Below, in pieces: positions 42,119 to 51,470 of a DNA stretch of 64,000 bases. Each line of letters opens with the position of its first letter. Position 1 is the stretch's first letter. Source of the stretch: Thalassobaculaceae bacterium (GTDB lineage Bacteria > Pseudomonadota > Alphaproteobacteria > Thalassobaculales > Thalassobaculaceae); assembly GCA_965228875.1 (NCBI GenBank), contig OZ245843.1:4694616-4758615 (forward strand), read 5' to 3'. Both the position numbers and the translations under genes were made by a program. The notes below the pieces were generated by a model. The model saw nothing but the letters and a program-made list of their open reading frames with translations, searched no databases and had not been told where the DNA came from.

Positions 42119-44203
42119 ATGACCTATTCAACAGCCCGCGCGCGCGTGCGGTCGGCGCTGTGTGCGACCTTGTTGTGCACCGCCGCCACCACCACCGCCG
42201 CCCACGCCGATACGTCGTCGCCGGCAATCCGACTTCCGGCGGTGACCGTCACCGGCGAGTCCGAGCCGGCCCTGACCGTGCCGTCCACCGCCGAGGCGAC
42301 CCGCCGCATCGAGCGCACGCCGGGCGCGGTCGAGGTTGTACCGGACACCGCGTGGCGCGACGGCGCCGCGACCACGATGAAGGACATGCTCGACTACACG
42401 CCCGGCGTGTTCGTCCAGCCGAAATGGGGAGAGGATTCCCGGCTGTCGATCCGCGGTTCCGGACTGTCGCGGAACTTCCACATGCGGGGCATCCGCCTCT
42501 ATCAGGACGGCATCCCGACGAACGCGGCCGACGGGAGCGCGGATTTCCAGGAACTCGACCCCACGGCGTACCGCTATGTCGAGGTCTACAAGGGGGCGAA
42601 CGCCCTTCGCTATGGCGCGAGTTCCCTGGGCGGCGCCCTCAACTTCGTCACGCCCAGCGGGCACGATGCGGCTCTGGTCGACGGACGGGTCGACCTTGGC
42701 AGTTTCGGATTCCGCCGGTTGCAGCTGAGCAGCGGTGCTGCGGATGGCGCGGTCGACGGGTATGTGACCGGATCGTTCCTCTCCCAGGACGGCTTCCGCG
42801 AGCACAGCGGAGGCGAGTCCAAACGGGCGTCGGGCAATGTCGGGTGGCGGATCGGCGATGGCGTCGAGACCCGCTTCTACCTGACCGTCACCGACATCCA
42901 GCAGGATATCCCGGGTTCTGTCACCAAGGAGACCGCGCTGACCGATCCGGAGCCGGCGACCGCCAACAACCTGCGTCTCGACTACCAGCGGAACATGGAA
43001 TCCGTTCGCTTCGCCAACAAGACGACGGTGCGGTTCGACGATTCGACGGTCGAGTTCGGCGGGTACGCGATCAACAAGAACCTGATCCATCCGATCTTTC
43101 AGTATCTTGACTACACGTATAACGACTTCGGCGCGTTCGCCCGGGTGGTCGACGAGCATCGCCTGTTGGGGCACCGCAACACCGTGACCGCCGGGGTGGA
43201 CCTGTTCGGCGGATGGGTCGACAACCGCCAGTACGCGAACCTTTCCGGCAGCAAGGGAGCGCTGCTGTCGGGCTCGGAGGACCGCTCGCTCACGGTCACC
43301 GGGTATGCCGAGAACGGGTTCGGTCTCACGGACCGCCTGACGCTGGTGACTGGCGTTCAGCTTGTCCACGCCAAGCGGGAGCGCGTGGACGAGGTCGACG
43401 ACGCGACCGAAACGTCGGGCGAGGCCGACTATTCCTTCGTCAATCCGAAGATCGGTCTGCTCTGGGATGTGGCGCCGGGCTGGCAGGCCTTCACCAACCT
43501 CTCGCGCAGCGGCGAGGCGCCGACCTTCGGCGAGTTGAACTTCACGACCGCATCGCTGGCGGACGTCCAACCGCAATATGCGACCACCTTCGAGATCGGT
43601 ACCCGCGGGCGCCGGGAGGACTTCACCTGGGACCTGTCGCTCTACCGCGCCCATCTGGAGAACGAGTACCAGTACTTCGATCTCGGCGGCGGCTTCTATC
43701 GCGTGACCAATGCCGACGAGACCCTGCACCAGGGTGTCGAAGCGGCGGTCGGCTGGGCTCCGGTCAAAGGGGTGTTCGACAGCGGACCGACGCCGGATCG
43801 GCTCTGGATCAATGCCGCCTACACGTTCAGCGACTTCCGATTCGACGACGACCCCACTTATGGCGACAACGAACTTCCCGGCGCGCCCCGGCACTACCTG
43901 CGGGCCGAACTGCTGTACAAGAATCCGCTCGGTTTCTACGCCGGCCCGAACGTGGAGTGGGTTCCGGAGGCGTACTATGTCGACAACGCCAACACACAGG
44001 ATACCGAGGCCTATGCGCTGCTCGGTTTCCGGGCCGGATATGAACTGTCCGAGAACCTCTCGTTCTTCCTGGACGCGCGCAACCTGACCGACGAGGCGTA
44101 TATCGCCAGCAGCAGCGTCGCGGCGACGGCGAGCGCGTCCTCCGCGCTCTACGAGCCGGGCTCGGGGCGCGCGGTCTACGCCGGGATGCGGCTTCGCTGG
44201 TGA
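42119..44203 (+). CDS. TonB-dependent receptor
   Basis: Signal peptide, LPAVTVTG TonB-box region, RLSIRGSG, VEVYKGANALRYG, NLTDEAY, C-terminal Trp. Confidence 0.95.
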   Translation: MTYSTARARVRSALCATLLCTAATTTAAHADTSSPAIRLPAVTVTGESEPALTVPSTAEATRRIERTPGAVEVVPDTAWRDGAATTMKDMLDYTPGVFVQPKWGEDSRLSIRGSGLSRNFHMRGIRLYQDGIPTNAADGSADFQELDPTAYRYVEVYKGANALRYGASSLGGALNFVTPSGHDAALVDGRVDLGSFGFRRLQLSSGAADGAVDGYVTGSFLSQDGFREHSGGESKRASGNVGWRIGDGVETRFYLTVTDIQQDIPGSVTKETALTDPEPATANNLRLDYQRNMESVRFANKTTVRFDDSTVEFGGYAINKNLIHPIFQYLDYTYNDFGAFARVVDEHRLLGHRNTVTAGVDLFGGWVDNRQYANLSGSKGALLSGSEDRSLTVTGYAENGFGLTDRLTLVTGVQLVHAKRERVDEVDDATETSGEADYSFVNPKIGLLWDVAPGWQAFTNLSRSGEAPTFGELNFTTASLADVQPQYATTFEIGTRGRREDFTWDLSLYRAHLENEYQYFDLGGGFYRVTNADETLHQGVEAAVGWAPVKGVFDSGPTPDRLWINAAYTFSDFRFDDDPTYGDNELPGAPRHYLRAELLYKNPLGFYAGPNVEWVPEAYYVDNANTQDTEAYALLGFRAGYELSENLSFFLDARNLTDEAYIASSSVAATASASSALYEPGSGRAVYAGMRLRW

Positions 44204-44413
44204 CGGCGACCGGCCGGCGTGGGACGGGGGCCGCGCCGGCCGGCATTTCGATTTCCCGGTGTGGAAACTCTCTGTAACGAAATCTTCACACGTAATCGCC
44301 CATAGTCAGGGTGGATCGCGGTCGCAGTCGACGCCGATCCGCCCGGCCATCGGCGAGCTTGCAAATGAGACCGGGCCGTAACCAAGACCACATGCATCGG
44401 AGTCGGACCGACC

Positions 44414-45058
44414 ATGAGGGCGTCAAACGCCGAAATTCGCGCGCTCGAAGCGCTGAGGCAGAGCTGGCCGGGAGCGTTCCGGGTCCAGCGATCGACCGAG
44501 GACTACCGGGGTTCGGCTCAAATGGCGGCGCTTGAACTCGTCGCCGGTGGCCAGGGCGAGATCGACCGTCTGTTCCGGGAAATGGACATCAGGCGACCGC
44601 ACATCGTGTGGGCGCCGAAGGCGGAAGATCTTCCGGCCGGACCGCAGCGCTTCCTCCTGGATTTCTGGTGCGCGCGTCAGCGCGAGGGCGCCCCGCCCCG
44701 CTCCGCCACCATCGATGCCCTCGACCTGAAGCCCGCCCTCGGCAATCTCATGCTTCTGGAGCCGGTCGACCAGGCAAGCGACTTCCGCTACCGGGTCTAC
44801 GGCTCGAACATCGTCGAGTACTCCCGGGTGGAGATGACCGGGCGGACCGTCTGGGACATACCCGCCCCCTGGGCCGCCGCCTATTTCGTTGCGACCTACC
44901 GGGCCGCCTGCGAGCGTATCGAGCCGCTCTACGCCCGGCATTTTGCCAGACTCGACGGCCAAGCCACGGCTTGGGACCGCCTGATTCTGCCGTTCGTCGA
45001 CGCCGACGGTTGGGTCGACCGGCTTCTTGTCGGCAATATTCCGGACCTGGAGCGCTGA
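44414..45058 (+). CDS. PAS_5-type PAS domain protein; start uncertain
   Basis: LLDFWCA...PPRSATIDALDLKPALGNLMLLE...FRYRVYGS...DRLILP. Confidence 0.8.
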   Translation: MRASNAEIRALEALRQSWPGAFRVQRSTEDYRGSAQMAALELVAGGQGEIDRLFREMDIRRPHIVWAPKAEDLPAGPQRFLLDFWCARQREGAPPRSATIDALDLKPALGNLMLLEPVDQASDFRYRVYGSNIVEYSRVEMTGRTVWDIPAPWAAAYFVATYRAACERIEPLYARHFARLDGQATAWDRLILPFVDADGWVDRLLVGNIPDLER

Positions 45059-45085
45059 AGCGCGACCTGACGCCGGACCGATGCC

Positions 45086-46222
45086 TCAGCCGGCGTGCGG
45101 CGTGAGGATCTGCCGCACCGCCTCGCCCGAGGCCAGCTTGTCGAAGCCCGCGTTCACCGCGTCGAACCCGATGTGTTCACCGATCAGCCGGTCGACGGGC
45201 AGGCGACCCTGGCGGAACGCCTCCAGGTATTTCGGAATGTCACGGACCGGTACGCAGGATCCCATATAGCTACCGCGGACCGCGATCTCGCGGGTGACCA
45301 GATCGGCCGCCGGAATCGGGAAGTCGTCGCCCTGCGGCGACAGGCCGACGGTGATGAGCTGGCCGCCCGTCTTGAGGATCCTGTACCCGGTGGTCAGCGC
45401 CGGGATGACGCCGGCACCCTCGAGCGACACGTCGACGCCGCCGCCGGTCAGATCCAGGATCTGCTGCACGTGATCGGCATCCCGGGCGTCGACGGTGTGA
45501 TGGGCGCCGAGCTGTCGGGCGAGACCGAGTTTGGCTGGGTTGATGTCGACGGCGATGACCTGGTCCGCGCCGCCGAGGATCGCCCCCAGCATGGCCGAGA
45601 AACCCACCCCTCCGAGACCGATCACGGCGACCTTGTCGCCGGGGGCGACGCGGGCGGCGTTGAGGGCGGCACCGACGCCCGTCATCACCGCGCAGCCGAA
45701 GATCGCCGCGGTCTCCAGCGGGATGTCGCGATCGACCCGTACCACCGAGCCGCGGTCGACGACCGCGTACTCGGCGAAGCAGGACACGCCGGTCTGGTGG
45801 TTCACCTCCGCTCCGGTGCTGTCGCGCATGCGCTTGCCGCCGCCCATCAGCTCGCCCTTGGCGCGCGCCAGCGCGTGGGTCTCGCAGATCTGCGGCCGGC
45901 CCTCCAGGCAGCGCACGCAACGCCCGCAACTGGCGGAGAACTGGAATACGACCGGATCGCCCGCGGCGATGTCGCGGATGCCGGGGCCGACCTCGACCAC
46001 CTCGCCGGCGCCCTCGTGCCCGAGCACGACCGGCAACGGCCGGGGGCGCGAGCCGTTGATGACGGACAGATCGGAATGACAGAGGCCGGCGCCGACGACC
46101 TTGACCAGCAGTTCGCCGGGGCCGGGCGGATCGAGCTCGATCTCCTCGATGGCCAGCGGCTCGCTGGTCCCGTACGGCATCTCCGCCGCGATCTCCCGCA
46201 GCACGCACGCGCGCATTTTCAT
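45086..46222 (-). CDS. Zinc-dependent alcohol dehydrogenase
   Basis: GLCHSD, GHEGAG, CGRCVRC...C, GCAVMTG, GLGGVG. Confidence 0.95.
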   Translation of the reverse strand: MKMRACVLREIAAEMPYGTSEPLAIEEIELDPPGPGELLVKVVGAGLCHSDLSVINGSRPRPLPVVLGHEGAGEVVEVGPGIRDIAAGDPVVFQFSASCGRCVRCLEGRPQICETHALARAKGELMGGGKRMRDSTGAEVNHQTGVSCFAEYAVVDRGSVVRVDRDIPLETAAIFGCAVMTGVGAALNAARVAPGDKVAVIGLGGVGFSAMLGAILGGADQVIAVDINPAKLGLARQLGAHHTVDARDADHVQQILDLTGGGVDVSLEGAGVIPALTTGYRILKTGGQLITVGLSPQGDDFPIPAADLVTREIAVRGSYMGSCVPVRDIPKYLEAFRQGRLPVDRLIGEHIGFDAVNAGFDKLASGEAVRQILTPHAG

Positions 46223-46325
46223 GATCTGGCTCCTCCCCGGCGTCCGATCCGCCGATGTCACTTGCTTGAGGCGGAGGGTATCGCGGCGCCGCGGCGCCCG
46301 CCAGACACCGAAACGCGCCGGCCGG

Positions 46326-48272
46326 TCAGCGGAGGGGGATCAGGCGGACGTCGATCCTGTCGTCGAAGGCCCAGCCGGCGAGGGAGGGAATGTCGACGCG
46401 CAGACCGGTGACGGTGCGGGCGGGGCCCGCCGTCTCTCCGGCGAACAGCATCTCGGCATCGCTGGCATCGCTGACATAGGGCGACAGCAGGAAGCCGGCG
46501 CGGGCGATGGCCGGGATCAACCGGTGGGTCCGCACGGAGCCGTCGCCAAAGGTCACGGCGAGGTCGACCGTCGGCGTCTGGTGGATCAGTGTCAGCAGCC
46601 GGCCGACGGCCGTGCGGCGCAGGTCGATGGTAGCGAACACCGGGCCCTGGAACTCGTGCAGCGGGAGCGTCTCGCCGGGGGCGACGCCGTATGCCCGGGT
46701 CGGAGGGTCGGGCGGCGCCAGCGACACCGCCCGGCGGCGCAGGACAAGCACGTCGATCTCGTCGTTCAGGTGGTGCAGCGGGCCGGCGCGGCCGGACGGG
46801 GCATAGTGGCGCAGCAGCAGCGACCACAGCGGGCCTTCGGCGAGGCTCGGATAGCGGTTGTCGATCGAGCCGGGCGCGAATAGGACGGTGTCCGGCGCTC
46901 CGGCCTCCGCGAAGCTTGCCTGGTTGGCAGCGATCAGCGCGGCTGTATAGGTCGAGTATTCCTGGAACACCGGGCGCGGGCGATAGGCGGCGCCGCCGTC
47001 GAGCGCGTGGGCGATGACGGCGGCCTGCACGGAGGGAATGGTGTCGATCGTCCCGACCATTCGCGGCAGCGGATTGCGGTCGCGGATGGCGGCCAGCGCG
47101 GCGTCGCGCCCGTCCTGCTTCCCGGCCTTCCAGTCGGCCGAATCGGCGAGGATCAGGCCAACCTCCCGCAGGGTGTCGCGGGGGTTGTAGATCAGCGTCT
47201 GAAGCAGCACGCGGTCGAGCGCGAAGCCCGGCGCCAAGGCCAGACGGAGCGGCGTCATCGCGGCGATGGCGACGGCGGCCAGCAGCAACAGGGTGGCGGC
47301 CCGCGGTGCTGCGCGGGTATCGGCCGACACGGCATAGAGCGCGGCGGCACTCCCGAGCGACGCCCACGCGGACAGGGTGTGCAGGTCGTGTCGGGTGAAG
47401 CCGGCCTTGTAGGTGACGAACCAGAAAGCCGCCAGACACAGCAGCATCAGGACTCCGGTCCGGGTGGCGAGGCGATGGCCGCGGCGCTCGATCGTGACGA
47501 CCAGGGCGAGAACGACGGTGCTGGCCAGCAGGAAGGCGGCGAGCTCCACGGCGCGGAGGGCGTCGAACACGCCCATCGCCTGGCTGAATCCGGCGGCGAT
47601 GTCGAGGCTGAGGCGGATGAAGTCCGCGAGGCCGGCCGGCGACTGTCCGGCGGCGAGATAGGCCGTCGCCGCGACGGCGAGGCAGACCGGCGTGAACAGC
47701 GGCGCGCGTCGGCCGCAGAGCCGGTCGAGATCGACCAGCAGGAACAGCGCCAGCGCGAGAACCGCGAAGGTCGTCTTGATCAGCGCCGCCAGACCGCAGA
47801 AGGCGGCGACCGCGAGCCCGTAGGCGAGGGCGGCGCGGCCGCCGTCATGAACCTGCGCCAGCGCTGCCATCAGCGGCAGCAGGAAATAGGCGGTGTCGCC
47901 GGTCACCGGCTGCGAGATCGCCACGGCCGCGACACCAAGCCCGGCCCGCCACGGCGGCGCGGCGCGCGTCAGGAGCAGGACGCCGAGGCCGAGAAGCACG
48001 CTCCTGATGACCGAGGTCGCGAGGACCCCGCCGATCAGGTCCGGGTGGAACAGGCGCTGATAGTGATGGCCGTAGGGGCCGAAGGTGAAGACGATGTCGC
48101 GCCCCCACTGCCAGCCCTCAAGCACCGCGCGCTCGATCACGAGCCCCCAGGACGGGTCCAGCCCCTCGCCTGGCATCGTCGTCGAGAGCGGCGCCATGAC
48201 CAGGGCCATGGCGGCCACGATGGCGGCTCCCGCACACCGCCGCCCCGCAAGCCGCAGATCGGGGCGGGTCAC
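46326..48272 (-). CDS. Multi-pass membrane protein with extracytoplasmic C-terminal domain (possible GT-C-type transferase)
   Basis: GTG start overlaps the upstream TGA. GLDPSW...WGRDIVFTFGPYG loop, many hydrophobic segments, RPVFQEYSTYT and IDNRYP. Confidence 0.8.
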   Translation of the reverse strand: MTRPDLRLAGRRCAGAAIVAAMALVMAPLSTTMPGEGLDPSWGLVIERAVLEGWQWGRDIVFTFGPYGHHYQRLFHPDLIGGVLATSVIRSVLLGLGVLLLTRAAPPWRAGLGVAAVAISQPVTGDTAYFLLPLMAALAQVHDGGRAALAYGLAVAAFCGLAALIKTTFAVLALALFLLVDLDRLCGRRAPLFTPVCLAVAATAYLAAGQSPAGLADFIRLSLDIAAGFSQAMGVFDALRAVELAAFLLASTVVLALVVTIERRGHRLATRTGVLMLLCLAAFWFVTYKAGFTRHDLHTLSAWASLGSAAALYAVSADTRAAPRAATLLLLAAVAIAAMTPLRLALAPGFALDRVLLQTLIYNPRDTLREVGLILADSADWKAGKQDGRDAALAAIRDRNPLPRMVGTIDTIPSVQAAVIAHALDGGAAYRPRPVFQEYSTYTAALIAANQASFAEAGAPDTVLFAPGSIDNRYPSLAEGPLWSLLLRHYAPSGRAGPLHHLNDEIDVLVLRRRAVSLAPPDPPTRAYGVAPGETLPLHEFQGPVFATIDLRRTAVGRLLTLIHQTPTVDLAVTFGDGSVRTHRLIPAIARAGFLLSPYVSDASDAEMLFAGETAGPARTVTGLRVDIPSLAGWAFDDRIDVRLIPLR

Positions 48273-49093
48273 GCGACGATGACCCGCAGATAGGCGGCGA
48301 TGCCCCGACTCTGATCCCACTGCCGGGGATAGCCGAGGGAGACCTCCTCGAACCGCGTGCCGTCGCGGATATCGGTGCGGCGGGTGTGCAGGTGCCCCGT
48401 GACGGCGGCGTAGGCGGCGAACCGGCGGTGCCAGTCCTCGGTGCGTACGGTACCGCACCACGGCGTGAAGCGTGGGACCCGCGGAATGCGCACCAGGTCG
48501 CGGCGCAGCGGCCAGTGGTTCACCAGCACGGTCCGCGCGCCTTCGGGGATCTCGGATCGCAACCGGCGCTCGGCGTCGGCGAGCCGGGCATGGCACCAGT
48601 CGATCCGGCTGGCGAACGGATCCGGCGACAGCAGGATCTCGTCGCTGCAGACGTTGTGGGTCTCCTCGGCCCACTCGACGACGCCGTCGAGGGGCACGTC
48701 CCCGGGCCGGAAGCTGTAGTCGTAGAGCAGGAACAGCGGCACGATCGCCAGCCGTTCCACTCCATCAGGGAGCGGCCCCGGCCAGAGCGGAAACGGGTCC
48801 TCTGGCGTCACCACGCCAAGCGCCCGCGCCCGCTCGACGAGGGTCTCGTACCGCGCCGCGCCGGAGGGCTCGCCGGTGCTCGACCGCGACCAGAGCTCGT
48901 GGTTGCCGGGCACCCACAGGACCTGGGCAAAGCGATCGGTCAGGAGTTGCAGGGCGTCCGCGACCATGTCGATCCGCTCGGCCACGTCGCCGGCGACGAT
49001 GAGCCAGTCGTCGGGGCAGGCGGGCAGGGCGTCGAGCGCCGACCGGTTGATGGAATTCGCCAGATGCAGGTCTGAGATCGCAAGCAGGCGCAC
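48269..49093 (-). CDS. Calcineurin-like metallophosphoesterase, PptH (Rv2795c)-like
   Basis: ISDLH, DDWLIVAGDVAE, WVPGNHELW, FLLYDYSF, VNHWP, WCGT, GHLH, FEEVSLGYPR. Confidence 0.9.
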   Translation of the reverse strand: MRLLAISDLHLANSINRSALDALPACPDDWLIVAGDVAERIDMVADALQLLTDRFAQVLWVPGNHELWSRSSTGEPSGAARYETLVERARALGVVTPEDPFPLWPGPLPDGVERLAIVPLFLLYDYSFRPGDVPLDGVVEWAEETHNVCSDEILLSPDPFASRIDWCHARLADAERRLRSEIPEGARTVLVNHWPLRRDLVRIPRVPRFTPWCGTVRTEDWHRRFAAYAAVTGHLHTRRTDIRDGTRFEEVSLGYPRQWDQSRGIAAYLRVIVA

Positions 49094-49097
49094 GGAT

Positions 49098-50081
49098 CTA
49101 GCGGTACGGATCGTCGGCGGTCAGGAAGCCTTTCACATAGCGTCGCACGCCCTCCTCCAGCGAGGTGAACTGATCCGGAAACCCGGCGTCGCGCAGGCGG
49201 TCCATGCGGGCCTGGGTGAAGTACTGGTACCGGTCGCGGATCGCCTTCGGCATGTCGATGAACTCGATCCGCTCCTCCTGGCCGAGCGCCGAGAACACCG
49301 AGCGGGCGAGATCGGCGAAACTCCGGGCGGCGCCGGTGCCGAGGTTGTAGATGCCGTTGACCCCCGGCGTCTGCAGCAGCCAGAGCATCACCCGCACGCA
49401 GTCGTCGACATAGACGAAGTCGCGGAGCTGTCCGCCGTCGGGATAGTCCGGGTGGTGGGAGGTGAACAGCTTGGCGCTTTCGCCGGCGAGAATCTTCGGA
49501 GTGATCTGTGCGACGACGCTCTTCATCGAGCCCTTGTGATACTCGTTCGGGCCGTAGACGTTGAAGAACTTCAGCCCCACCCATTGCGGCGGGTGAACGC
49601 CGCTCGCGGCGAGACGAACCGCCCGGCGGTCGAAGGCGTGCTTCGACCAGCCGTAGGCGTTCATCGGCCGGAGTGCGGCGAGGCCGTCCGGGCTGTCGTC
49701 GTCGTCGAACCCGGACTCCCCGTCGCCATAGGTCGCGGCCGAGGAGGCGTAGATCAGCCGGGTGCGGTTCTCCGCACACCAGCTCCACAGACGAAGCGGC
49801 AGGGTGATGTTTTCGCGCACGATCAGGTCGGCGTCGCGTTCCGTCGTCGAGGAGATCGCGCCGAGATGGAAGATCGCCTGGACGTCGCCCCTGTGCCGGT
49901 CGAGGAACTCGAAGAAGTCCTCCGGCGGCACGATGGCGGCCAGGTCGCGTTTGGCGATGTTGCGCCACTTGTCGTCGCTGCCGAGCCGGTCGACAACGGC
50001 GATGTCGCCGCCGACGCTCTGCTCCAGGCCGGCGACCAGGTTCGAGCCGATGAAGCCGGCTCCGCCGGTCACGATGATCAT
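49098..50081 (-). CDS. hldD: ADP-L-glycero-D-manno-heptose 6-epimerase
   Basis: MIIVTGGAGFIGSNL, HLGAISSTTE, YASSAATYG, YGWSK, FNVYGPNEYHKG, YQYFTQA. Confidence 0.96.
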   Translation of the reverse strand: MIIVTGGAGFIGSNLVAGLEQSVGGDIAVVDRLGSDDKWRNIAKRDLAAIVPPEDFFEFLDRHRGDVQAIFHLGAISSTTERDADLIVRENITLPLRLWSWCAENRTRLIYASSAATYGDGESGFDDDDSPDGLAALRPMNAYGWSKHAFDRRAVRLAASGVHPPQWVGLKFFNVYGPNEYHKGSMKSVVAQITPKILAGESAKLFTSHHPDYPDGGQLRDFVYVDDCVRVMLWLLQTPGVNGIYNLGTGAARSFADLARSVFSALGQEERIEFIDMPKAIRDRYQYFTQARMDRLRDAGFPDQFTSLEEGVRRYVKGFLTADDPYR

Positions 50082-50239
50082 GGGAAGACGCTCCTGGGCG
50101 GCTCGGGTCGTAGGGGTGCCAAAGCTACACCAAGCGCCCAGTCTGCCCAATGGTTTGCACGAGCGACCGTGCGGCGTATCCCCCCGTCCTTGATCCCGCC
50201 CGCCGGCGGTGACATATCCACGGGAGCAGGAGGTGAGCC

Positions 50240-50608
50240 ATGCAGACCCGCAGCCGGTTTTTCGACGATATCGCCCGTGTCGCCAACGGGGCCCTGAGCG
50301 CCGCCGCCGGCGTTCGCGCCGAAATCGAGCAGCTCGTGCACCAGCAGTTCGAACGGTTCATCGCCGACCGCGATCTGGTCACCCGCGAGGAGTTCGAGGC
50401 GGTCGAGGCGATGGCGGCCAAGGCCCGCAGCGAACAGGAGACGCTCGCGGCGAGGGTCGCCGAGCTCGAGGCCCGGCTTGCCGAAGCGAAGAAGCCTGCG
50501 GCGAAGCGCAAGACCGCGACCGGCGACCGGCGGCGCGCTTCCGCGACTACCCGTCGTGCGGCCACCCGCAAGGCCAAGGCCGAGGAAACACCGCCCAAGG
50601 ACGAGTGA
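50240..50608 (+). CDS. ubiK: Accessory factor UbiK/BMFP family protein
   Basis: FFDDIARV...DLVTREEFEAV...LEARL, with AGGAGG RBS. Confidence 0.88.
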   Translation: MQTRSRFFDDIARVANGALSAAAGVRAEIEQLVHQQFERFIADRDLVTREEFEAVEAMAAKARSEQETLAARVAELEARLAEAKKPAAKRKTATGDRRRASATTRRAATRKAKAEETPPKDE

Positions 50609-50748
50609 TTCGCGACGCCGGTCGGAGGGCGCGCCGACAGAACGCCCGATAATGTCAGCAGACTGTCACATTCAGCCGGCTCGGGTTTTGCCCCGAAATC
50701 AATGTCTTCGAGCACGCACTGAATATCGCGTGTGAATCCCGGTATTAC

Positions 50749-50834
50749 CTCAAAATCTTGTGTTGAATGGCGGACTCCAGTTTGTGAGTCTAATCATCGT
50801 GGTGAATCGGCGGCCCACACCACAAGATGTGGCC
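50749..50834. promoter_or_regulatory. Two NrdR-box-like sites with clustered GANTC sites upstream of ybjN
   Basis: ctcaaaatcttgtg (50749-62) and cacaagatgtggcc (50821-34). GANTC at 50734, 50773, 50786 and 50804. Confidence 0.55.
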
Positions 50835-50921
50835 GGCCTGGAGCAGGATGCCGGCCGATCTCTACCTGACCCCGGCCGCCCCGACGCGCCGGCCCGCGCG
50901 CCCAAGGGGGAACTCTCCGAC

Positions 50922-51425
50922 ATGTCGGTTACCTACGTCGATACCGCCGTCGTCCACCAGAACCCGCTGGATCTGCTCGAGGAGCTGGTCGGGGCCAACG
51001 AATGGGCCTTCGACCGGGCCAGCTCCGACGAACTGGCGGTGGAGATCGCCGGCCGCTGGTGCGACTACCGCCTCTATTTCCTCTGGCAGGAAGACCTGGG
51101 TGCGCTGCATTTCTCCTGCCTGCTGGAGAGCAAGGTGCCGGCCGAGCGCCGTCGCGAGGTCTGTGTGCTGCTGGCCCAGTTGAACGAGAAGCTTTGGCTC
51201 GGGCATTTCGATCTGTCCTCCGACGACGGAACGCCGATGTACCGTCACACCCTGCTTGTGCGCGGCGCCGGCGGCGTCTCGGTCGAGCAGATGGAGGATC
51301 TGGTCGAGGTCGCCCTGAACGAGGCGGAGCGGTTCTTCCCGGCTTTCCAGTTCGTGATCTGGGGCGGCAAAACTGCGGAGGAGGCGATCGCCGCCTCCAT
51401 GCTCGACGTCGCCGGCGAGGCCTGA
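50922..51425 (+). CDS. YbjN domain protein
   Basis: NPLDLLEEL, GRWCDY, NEKLWLGHFDL, FPAFQFVIWGG. Confidence 0.9.
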   Translation: MSVTYVDTAVVHQNPLDLLEELVGANEWAFDRASSDELAVEIAGRWCDYRLYFLWQEDLGALHFSCLLESKVPAERRREVCVLLAQLNEKLWLGHFDLSSDDGTPMYRHTLLVRGAGGVSVEQMEDLVEVALNEAERFFPAFQFVIWGGKTAEEAIAASMLDVAGEA

Positions 51426-51470
51426 CACTCTCTGTCGCGAATTGATGCGACGACTTGAGAGGCGGTTCCC

